Of a stretch of 64,000 nt of DNA, positions 55,601 to 64,000 are shown piece after piece. The translations under genes were made by a program, and so were the position numbers. Under the pieces are notes generated by a model. That model was not told the DNA's origin. It searched no databases and worked only from the letters and a program-made list of their open reading frames with translations. Source of the DNA: Antedon mediterranea (lineage: Eukaryota > Animalia > Echinodermata); contig NC_092677.1 of the NCBI RefSeq assembly GCF_964355755.1, positions 4,858,101 to 4,922,100 of the forward strand, read 5' to 3'. Every line of letters begins with the position of its first letter. Positions within the stretch are counted from its first letter, which is position 1.

Positions 55601-57390
55601 AATTCTGGAAAATTGGTTATTGCAGGAATTTTGAAGCTGAAATATGATCAGCGTAAGAAAGTAACATTCAAAGAGGCCTCAAATAATTGCCCTCAAACAT
55701 TGCACATACAATATTCAATTTATGTTCCTTTCTCATTCTTAGTTAACAGACATATTTAATGTAGGAGATTATTGTCCTCCTCATTTAACCCTTTACATAC
55801 AATTATAGAAACTAGAGGGTGTACTCACTCTATATTAAGTAGTGTACAGAGATAGTTCTTGAATTAAATTATGAACATGTAATAAAAATTGTTCATCTGC
55901 CAGTCTTCACATAATACACTAGTTCTAATTTTGTTTTAGTTTTGGAAATTAATATCAACATCTACATAAACTATTCTTGTAAACTGAACAAGTAATAAAT
56001 AATAACAATTGATATTATAGCGCTCTACAAAGAACACAGCACTTTATAGTAGAAGTATAATTGGATACAGACGTATTTGAAACAACATGTCGTCTTTACA
56101 TTTCTAATGTCACAGAGAAGCTGATTTCAAAGATGCAGATTACATGCTTTGTCACTAGCTTGTGTGAGAAATTATTAGTCTTGTGGCATGACGGTGCAAA
56201 CGTAGTCGACATTTGTGTTGTTCAAAATTAGAGTATATTACTCTGGAAAACTGGATATTTTGTAATGAAAAGCAACACTTCATGATCTTATAATTGATCT
56301 TGTGAAAATTTACTGTAGCTAATATTGCTTTCCAAACACTTGCAAAAAAAAAGCATTGAAAATATATTTTAATGGCTCTGGAGCTGCCTCTACATAACCA
56401 ATCAGAGATTTCAAGTGTAATAATTAAAACTTCTACATACAGTATGGCATAGATCTGATCATTAGTTGTAATTATTTTAATTTTGAGTTATTTGTGCTGT
56501 TGTTTTTGCAGGAAGACTATTTGTAATGAGAAGTGTCGATAATGGTGACATCTGGACAACTGATGTTAAACCACTTGATGCTCCACCAGATGCTACCTTG
56601 GGAGAACACATACAAGTAAGATGAAGAATTTTCCATTGTGTTTATTTGAAATTGTGGTATCAAGTTTTTTCACACAGATTTTAGTAGAGATCTCTAAATG
56701 TTACTTTGTCATATAATGTGATTTTTATTAGGTTGTTGAATATGCTAATGATCTAGTTAACATCAGCTGTTCGTTCGAGGGCTCTAAACAGTGTTTCTGT
56801 ATATACAGTGATACAGGATTTAAAGTATTTGATTGCCAGATTAAGGATGCAAATCCAGAATGCCAGGTACTTTATAATATGAAAGCTTGTATCTCTAGTG
56901 TTGTCTGTCTAGTTGTGGTATATAGTTGTATAGATACACTACCTATCTATTTTAATGTATTCTAAAATGTTGTCATCACTACTACTTTTACAATAAAAGG
57001 TGGAAGTTCTGCTGTAGACACAAATACAATAATGTTGCATGAACTCTGCTTCTTCATGGATAAATTATTTGTACATAATTTTTCCTTAAATTGCATTTTT
57101 ATCTAGGGTTGTATCGTACGTTTACCAACAAAGACAAATAAGTTCTACCATATAGCAATGGCAAGTCATGGAAATGAAACGGATAAGGATCTTACACTTT
57201 ACTTAAGTGAAGATGGTTGTAAAACCTGGTATCAGTTTAACACACTAGGTGCAGTGAATGCAGAAGAATCTGACCTAGCTTACTACAGTGTAAAAGAAGG
57301 TGAAGAAGAAGCAAAAGGAATAGTGTGTGTTACAGTTATGGTTCAGAAACAAAGGGTTATAATATTGGAATGCAGTTAATTTCTAACAAA
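37695..57390 (+). CDS. Gene C: SP-V-I-domain3-TM-linker-multiple Ig-sialidase-like protein; 5' part open, 3' part disrupted
   Basis: In-frame exons 37695-37727, 38569-38620, 38877-39206, 39305-39613, 39962-40186, 41228-41308, 41639-41899, 42044-42083, 42248-42374, 42715-42769, 43802-43820, 45429-45448, 45958-46269 and 49042-49374. Then frameshifted Ig exons and sialidase exons. Confidence 0.7.
40510..40943 (+). mobile_element. CR1/L2-group LINE 3' fragment
   Basis: KTTSFKHSIKFTGPKLWDNVPVNIK..SFSFKLKRHL; tail AATAAATGTTACT(TTGA)n; same family as 49920-50690. Confidence 0.75.
41639..41899 (+). CDS. Gene C juxtamembrane exon: Ig-like N-terminal strands plus a Cys-rich hydrophobic segment
   Basis: TVTVEGGKPVTMSWRY...CKTVCQFVCYCCLYFCGFFCSEYC, phase 1-1, good splice sites. 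Confidence 0.65.
42873..43483. mobile_element. Non-autonomous DNA transposon with TTAA target site (Kolobok-like)
   Basis: TTAA|AGACACCTTCCCTAC ... GTAGGGAAGGTGTCT|TTAA; a partial inverted copy lies at ~55130-55420. Confidence 0.8.
44063..44745 (-). mobile_element. CR1/L2-group LINE 3' fragment
   Basis: Minus strand CIRPVVEYADVVWHSGL..ENVQKRACRIMLG..SPIPYFIKLLN; tail AATAAAAGTTGAATTGAA. Confidence 0.7.
45958..46269 (+). CDS. Gene C post-TM Ig exon (canonical C-W-C)
   Basis: MMCRY..YKWKK..LSLKIKKAKLKDAGKYQCEV..TQLTIE, phase 1-1. Confidence 0.9.
46561..48350 (-). mobile_element. HINE/Helentron-like non-autonomous repeat(s)
   Basis: AACTAG next to hairpin AAACTCGTCA-CTT-TGACGAGTTT; GGTTATCC/GGATAAC subterminal repeats; terminal hairpins at 48140-48350; related fragments at 3340-4700 and 58340-58880. 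Confidence 0.55.
49042..49374 (+). CDS. Gene C post-TM Ig exon lacking the B-strand Cys
   Basis: NVMWYK..SRYQCGY..AYLEIRNVKSGDEGKYICQV..GRLTVQ, phase 1-1. Confidence 0.88.
49670..50966 (+). mobile_element. HINE-like element interrupted by a minus-strand CR1/L2-group LINE fragment (~49920-50690)
   Basis: GCCAAGGAGGT..TGTTTGTTTGTTAGCAGGATTAC start and GGCGGAGGTATGCACTCTCGGAGTGGCTTCTAGTT end. The nested minus-strand peptide reads QKKVVRIISGA..HSDPLF..GPKLWNKLP. Confidence 0.65.
52344..53262 (+). pseudogene. Two frameshifted Ig exons of gene C (52344-52560 partial; 52918-53262)
   Basis: VEKSDAGDYLCQC..SKLVV; ASVGEKAALTCK/ ..VSWY../ ..LELEKVELVDAGQYIY with indels in A-runs near 52973 and 53035. 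Confidence 0.75.
54177..57390 (+). pseudogene. Sialidase-like exons of gene C
   Basis: Exons 54177-54225 (DVFSAVDREQRNIYR), 54788-54970, 55578-55652 (GLGNGVCLNSGKLVIAG), 56512-56615 (SVDNGDIW), 56732-56866 and 57107-~57390. Stop at 54963-54965 and a 1-nt deletion near 57331. Confidence 0.8.
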
Positions 57391-57455
57391 AAAAAATAAG
57401 CACAAAGACAAATTCTGAACGATATTAGAAACTGATCTGCTCAGTTTCAATGGTA

Positions 57456-57545
57456 CGGTGGCCCACAACTGTCACGCACACTATATAAATCATATGTAAT
57501 TGTGTGATTCTGTGTTATAGTGTGCGTGACAGTTGTGGGCCACCG
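57456..57545. mobile_element. 90-bp MITE with TA target site (Tc1/mariner type)
   Basis: TA|CGGTGGCCCACAACTGTCACGCACACTATA ... TATAGTGTGCGTGACAGTTGTGGGCCACCG|TA, perfect TIRs. Confidence 0.85.
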
Positions 57546-59092
57546 TACAATGGAGACCAATATTGTAAAAGAAAATGTTGTCACTGAAACGAGTTACTTT
57601 TACCATTTACATTTTTCATCACATTCAATCACAATTGTGATTATTTTGTTCTGTAGTAGATATTAACATTATTTACCTAGATACAATTTATGTAGAAAAA
57701 ATATTAGGGTGTAGTACGACTACTATAAATTTGAATAATATTAACGGTTTTAGTCATTTTTAATTGTTTAAGACTTATAGCTAGTAATAAGTTTAGAATA
57801 GTTAAAATTCAGAATAAACTTGTGACATCAGCACTCGCTCTAGCCCTTTTGTCATCTGGCATTTTGTAATTGTCAGATGTGAATACAGTACTAACTGTAA
57901 AACTAATGTTTTGAATGTTTTATTAATTGTTTAATCCTCCAAATCAGCAATTTATAAAACTGTTTATGTAACATGAAAAAGCGATTTCGGTGTGATAGTA
58001 TTTACACTTTCTATTACCACTGTACTTTCTATAATATTTACAGTTTCTGTTACTACTTTCTATTATTTCATATACTAATAACAGTTTTAATGTTTGCAAT
58101 ATAAATTACATTGCAGGAACAATAGCACAAATATATTGTGCATTGTTCACCGTTTATAGTTTACAAAATGTAATAATAAAGTATATGTATGGTGATTATA
58201 AATAAGTACCTAAACATAACAATCCAAGCAAGATTAAGTATGACTAATTTTTACTGTTATGTTTAATCAACACAATGTTATTAGAACAGGTTGTTTATTC
58301 AGCAAAAATATTTTGTTTGTTTATATACAAACAAAAAATATAAACTAGAATTATAGGTGATCATTTTTATAATTTTACTGACATTTAATTTAAAAAAACG
58401 TGGACATACATTCAATCAATACAATCCAAAAAAGTTGATATATGTCATCCTATGGCCTGATGCTTATAGTTCCGAGTTGTGCCTATTGTATATGTGTCAT
58501 AATAGAATATGTAATTTATATCTATATAAAGTGTAACATAGGTGAAATTACGGGACACACATCAATGGTCTAATTGGAGAGAAAATCGGTCATGGAAAAG
58601 CGAGGTACGCTTTGTTGAATGTGATATTCTATGAAGAAAGAGAAAAACAACCCCTAATTTTCAATTTCAAGTGTCCATGTGATGATGTTACTAATTTTTT
58701 TTAACGTAAAATATATACATACATTCATATCTACAACTCATTGGCTTCCATAATAAATTGACATTTAACTTTTAGAGATAGGCCTAATTGACACAAAAAA
58801 TATGTACACAAGTAAATAAAGAAGAGGATAATTAATGATTCATACAATAACTACAGTTTATACTAAATGATTGCCTAATTAGGGCTTTGCACCACGTACT
58901 ATAAGTATAAATATATTAGGCTACAATCGTATACAGTACGTTAAAATGTAGGTTGGAAATATTTGCTATCTCTCCAATAGAATTAAATCCTTGCAAATCA
59001 TATTTTAATAATTGTAATAATATTGTATCATTTTTTACCGTCCATAATGAGTACCGAAACATCATCAATACTATTGACTTAAACACAATTAC

Positions 59093-62000
59093 TTAGTCAT
59101 TGAACTGTTTACAATAATATGATTCTGAAACTTTTCCTATTTTGAATGTACTAGTAACGCCACTATCACAAATCTCTTCGTAAAGGACATCAGGACTTGC
59201 CGAAACCAAACCTTTGTTTTGTGAATGTTGGCGTTCCATTTCAATTCCACGTCTCATTGCCTGAAGAAAGAATAATTTATTATTTTATACTCGCCTCTTT
59301 TATTTTATTTAGATAGATGCCTACAATATGTTGCATGTTGTAAAATGGCTATTTATAGTTTATGCATTTAGCACACCAATTTTGTTTTTCTTTTTGTTGT
59401 TTCGCTAAGCGCCGTACAATATAATATATTATCTTATAGTATGATTTTACGTGCCTACTTTGTCATTGTTATACGAAGTGTATAGTGTTTACCTCTAGTT
59501 TTGATGCACTATCGTCGCCTATGTCATCACTAGACAGTCCTTTGTATTGAGGATTTTGGCATTTGATTTCTATCACTTCTCTTTTCTAATAATATAAAAA
59601 GATTTCAAATTCGGTGTTAAATGTCTTGAGTGGCATTAAGTATCAGAGTTGGTGAAATAAGGTGATATTTTATTTTATTCTCAACAAATTTCATCTGGTA
59701 AAAAAAATAGTTAACATTTATTTTTAAATATTTTATTTTATGTTACCCCAAGTTTTGCACTGCATGTAGGCCTAACATATCCCTCGTCATCTATCTCGTC
59801 ATCAGCTGCCATACTTTGGTATTGATTACTTTGATCTTGGATTTCTCCTACTTCTTTCTGTTAAACAATGCAATTATTGAGTGTTAATTGACCTTTTATG
59901 TTTAATTTGTAAAAATGACAAATAAATAACGAAACTAACTTTGAACTTTATTATAAATTATAATTCATCAACATTGATATTTATCAACTCAGAACTTGAA
60001 AATAAAATACGCGACGAAAATTAGCTTTTACTATAAGGCCTATTGTTTTCAATTAGCAACTGTAAAAAAAAATCTGTAAATCAATCATGCAAAGGGTATT
60101 TTTAAGCAAAGTTTACCTGTATTATTGTTCTGGATCTTTCTTTATGTGACATGTTAGAAACACCAACCCCTGCCGTAGCACTTTGGTTTGGCACAGCGGC
60201 AGATTTAGAATGTCCTCCCTGATATGGAGCATTTTGATGTCTGGAACTGATTTCTTTTATTCTTCTTACCTTTAAAACAATCGGTAACAACAGATAGTAG
60301 AGAGAGTAGAGTTTATTTGTACATTCTTCTCTATAGTTCTTTCTATTGCAAATATACTTACATAAATACAACGGGTTATCATAAACGTCAAGACGCAGCA
60401 AAGAATAGTTGCAGTTGTTGCTATGGCTGTACCCATTGGATACAAATCTATACAAAGCCAATATCAAATGTTTAAAAAAATTAATATCACTTCAAACAAT
60501 TTTACAAGCACGAACGTTTTATACGTTAGGTATACAATGTGTTATGGATAGTTCAAATAAAAGTACAACAATACTATCTACACAGTTGCTGCAGTATATT
60601 CTGCCTATTTGTGAAAGTACAGAAGAATGTACCAGAAAAAACTGGGATGTTAAATTAATAGAGCTAGAAAAGACTTTAAAACAATGGAATGCTAGAAATC
60701 TCTCAATTTTTGGTAGAATAATAATCCTGAAAAGTCTTGCACTATCTAAATTAACATATGCTGCAAATATCACTGATGTTCCAAAATATGTATATACACA
60801 AGTTACAAATCTAATATATAATTTTATTTGGAACAATAAAAGGGAAAAGATAAAAAGAAAAACTCAAATTGGTGATGTTGAGATGGGAGGCATTAAAATG
60901 CCTGATTTTACTCTTCATGTTAACGCACTCATGTGTGGCTGGTTAAAAAGAATGATGATGGTGCTAAATGGAAAAATATTCCAATGTATTATATTAAAAA
61001 AATATGTGATATTAACGTGTTACTTAATATGTCATGTTATAACATTATTGATGTTAATTCTGATAAAATTCCACTGTTTTACAAAAATATGATAAAAGCC
61101 TACATAAATTATAACAGAATCTCTAAAAAAAAACCTGAAACTTATAACGATATAATGAATGAGCAACTGTGGGGAAACAACTACGTTAAACTAAAAAAAA
61201 AAATCGCTTTTCTACAAGCATTGGATTGACAGTGGCATTATCAGTATTAAAGACATTGTTAATAAGAACACTTTTTTAACATCAAACGAAATACTGGTGA
61301 AACTACAATGTAAAACAAACTGGTTAAATGAGTATTTGTGCATTATTAAGGCAATACCAATTCAATGGAAACGTATTATTAAGGAGGTAGATATTTTCAA
61401 TTGTGATGATAATGATGAATTAGTTGGGACCAAGTATGAGATTAATACTACCAAACTAATATACTCATGGTTTGTGAAAGAATATTTCATTATTCCAATG
61501 TCACAACTAAATGGGAAGAGTACTTCAATGATAACAACATTGATTGGAAAACTTCTTGGTTACGGAAAGTATGTAAAATGAAAGATAAGAAACTAGCTCA
61601 ATTCAATTATAAGATGTTACATAGAATACTGCCTACCAACAAACGGCTGTATCAGTGGAAAGTTAAGGAAACACAAACGTGTGACAAATGTGGAGAAATT
61701 GAAAATGAAAATCATTTGTTTTTTAGTTGTAGATTTATTCAGAAATATTGGAGGAAAATGCTTAGTATCTTTGTAAGTTTAAATCACAATAATATATCAT
61801 TTAAACAATTAATACTAGGAACGGGAGATAAGCTAATAGATTATATTTACACTTTTGCAGCATTTACTATTTATAGAATAAAAATGTTATCTGCACTAAA
61901 TAAGCCAGTGGGTAAATCTTTATGGAATTCATTTAAAAGCAATATGTTATATAACATTGAATGTGAAACATATAACAATAAAGAAACAAGTATAGAAAAA

Positions 62001-63667
62001 TGGGTAGCTTTAAGAAATAAGATTATGATAATATAATTTCTAATTTGATACGATTAACCGAAAAAGAATTACAGTGATACGGGTTACTGGTGGTACTGAG
62101 CTATTATTGTTTTTTTTGTATCATGTATATAAATATATTGTATAATCCGGGTTGTAAAATGAAAACAAACAAATGAAAAAGTGTGAACTATTTTAAAACG
62201 GGATAGATGATAATGATGATCCTGTCAAGTGTATAACAAAATATAAAAAAATTAATGAAAAAAGGAGTAATACAGAATTCATATATGTAAAAATGTTACT
62301 TATGAACTGTAACGACATTTACAAGTTAAATAATACGATTTTATGTAATATGAGATAATATGAATGTGAATAAAAGTGGTGTTTGCGCCACAAAAGAGAA
62401 AAAAAAAGTACAACAATTCTACTATCTAGTCATAGTCATATATACTTTATTGTCCATTTAAAAAACAGAAATGTGATTTGAAAACTGGCAAAATACAAAA
62501 ATAAAAAAAATCTACACAGTTGCTGCAGTATATTCTGCCTATTTGTGAAAGTATTCTTATATCTTTAAAAATTATATTTAATAATGTCATTTAATATAAC
62601 TAGAGCGTGTGCTCGCTCACCTTCTAGTAAGTTACATGATGGTTCTCGCAAATATTGACAATAGGCGTAGGCCTACTAAATGTTTGCTGTTTCGGCCTAA
62701 AAGTGAGTGTGGACCGAAATGTCCCAGATATGAGTTTTAAACGGGGCGTAGCATGACATGCAAAAATGGATTGAAAACGCTCCATTTAGTGGTTGTAAAA
62801 CCCCATATGAAACAATATTCTATATGCTTGCTAAAATGTTTTATCAAATCTACCCATCTCAGTACATCTCTTGGTGTGAGTTGGATGGTGTGTGGCAGTT
62901 TTTTTTTTGCACATTGTGCAGGGCTATGTTGTTGAACTATAGTTGTTAAGACGCTTACCTGCAATACAGTAGTTTTCTAGTAGACATATTGCTGTATCGT
63001 TCAGCTCTTTTTCAGTTTCTGTATGCCATGGAATACTTGACTGACATATCTTATCATTAGTTCCTAAAGTAACTGTATTTTTCCCTTGCTTAATCACTTC
63101 CCCATTTTGTATTATCATTACTGATGATGGCTTGGGTTCGTCCTCTTCTGTGCATGTTGCTAAAACATCTTCCGATTGAAATGTTACAAAGACATCTAAA
63201 CAAGTGAGAATAACTGTATGGTATATTTTGTATTTATGGTCAACAACACATATTATGTCTCTAGATCTGAAATCTGACATATTATGTGTTGTTGGAACAC
63301 AACTTCTTGAATTGAAAAGGCTTAAGCCAATAACTGTTATTCCAATACCACTTTTACTTACTGTATATGCTCAACTGTTTTCCAACACTTGTTTTAGCAT
63401 CCTCTCCTTTAAACTGATCACTTTCTGCTTTACATGTATAATTCCCACCATCTTCTTCAGTAGCTAATTTAATCTTAAGAACTGACTCTGTACTGTTAAT
63501 ATTGGTAATCTCATATCTAGAAGAGTTGTTTGTGTTGACTGTCTGTTCATCTTTATACCAAGTAATGTGAGGAATAGGATCACCATCAGGTTTGATACAG
63601 GTAAAGGTCACCGATTGACCTTTATAGGCAGCACTTTCTGTTTCACCAAGAAGTGGTTGATTCAAAT
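59093..63667 (-). CDS. Gene D (5' exons beyond the window): Ig receptor paralog of B with an ITIM-bearing tail
   Basis: Exons 63667-63362, 63195-62959, 60447-60362 (TM), 60269-60117, 59857-59747, 59585-59493 and 59260-59093, all in frame to TAA. Confidence 0.88.
60620..62407 (+). mobile_element. 5'-truncated L1/Tx1-clade LINE (ORF2 C-terminus, frameshifted) in a gene D intron
   Basis: WNARNLSIFGRIIILKSLALSKLTY..GGIKMPDF..FNYKMLHRILPTN..CDKCGEIENENHLFFSC; AATAAA and A-tail; flanking direct repeat. Confidence 0.9.
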
Positions 63668-64000
63668 CTGAAAAGACATACGAGACCTACTATTATGAAA
63701 ATGCAATATAATGTCAGCCACATGCTGCTCACAATTTAGATTTTTTAAGATTTATATAGTCATGAACTTCATTTCATGTTAGTAACATTGTTTTTGTAAA
63801 TATCTCATTGAAGAAAGTCTAGCTTCTAATCATTAAGTTTATTTAAATTCCCAATAATCAAAACTTGAAATGTCCAGTACAAAGATGATTAAAATGCACA
63901 TTTTAAACATGTTTTTGCACCACAAATCAGTTGGTTAAATTAAGTAGCAGAAAAGGAGCGTGTTGAATTGTTGATTAAATGTCCGATGTCGTTGGAAACT

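Noticed and set aside
60409-60619. N-terminal part of the 227-aa ORF as LINE protein
   Set aside because: It lies outside the insertion (gene D TM exon antisense, intron and target duplication); LINE similarity begins at ~60620.

Overview
This is AT-rich, intron-containing animal genomic DNA, probably from an invertebrate; it is not prokaryotic. Splicing by hand (GT-AG, phases checked) gives four paralogous Ig-superfamily membrane-protein genes in two convergent pairs: A(+, <156-29320) with B(-, 36290-31907), and C(+, 37695-~57390) with D(-, >63667-59093). A, B and C share a signal peptide / V-like Ig / I-set Ig / short Cys-containing third domain / TM front end; for D only domains 2-3 and the TM are in the window. 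The tails differ. B is intact (594 aa), with a canonical ITAM plus four repeated Tyr-motif exons. D has lost the ITAM and carries an ITIM (VLYEEI). A and C continue past the TM in compatible phase through micro-exons and further Ig exons into a GH33 NEU2/3/4-like sialidase propeller whose catalytic residues look replaced; both carry frameshifts or stops. Gene A is inflated by a ~3.7-kb tandem array (4.4-23.2 kb) of Gypsy LTRs alternating with a host segment holding an in-frame three-exon module, ending in a pol-less gag-protease element with a tRNA-Pro PBS. The rest is LINE fragments, MITEs, a TTAA DNA element and HINE/Helentron-like repeats. All gene models are manual and lack transcript support.
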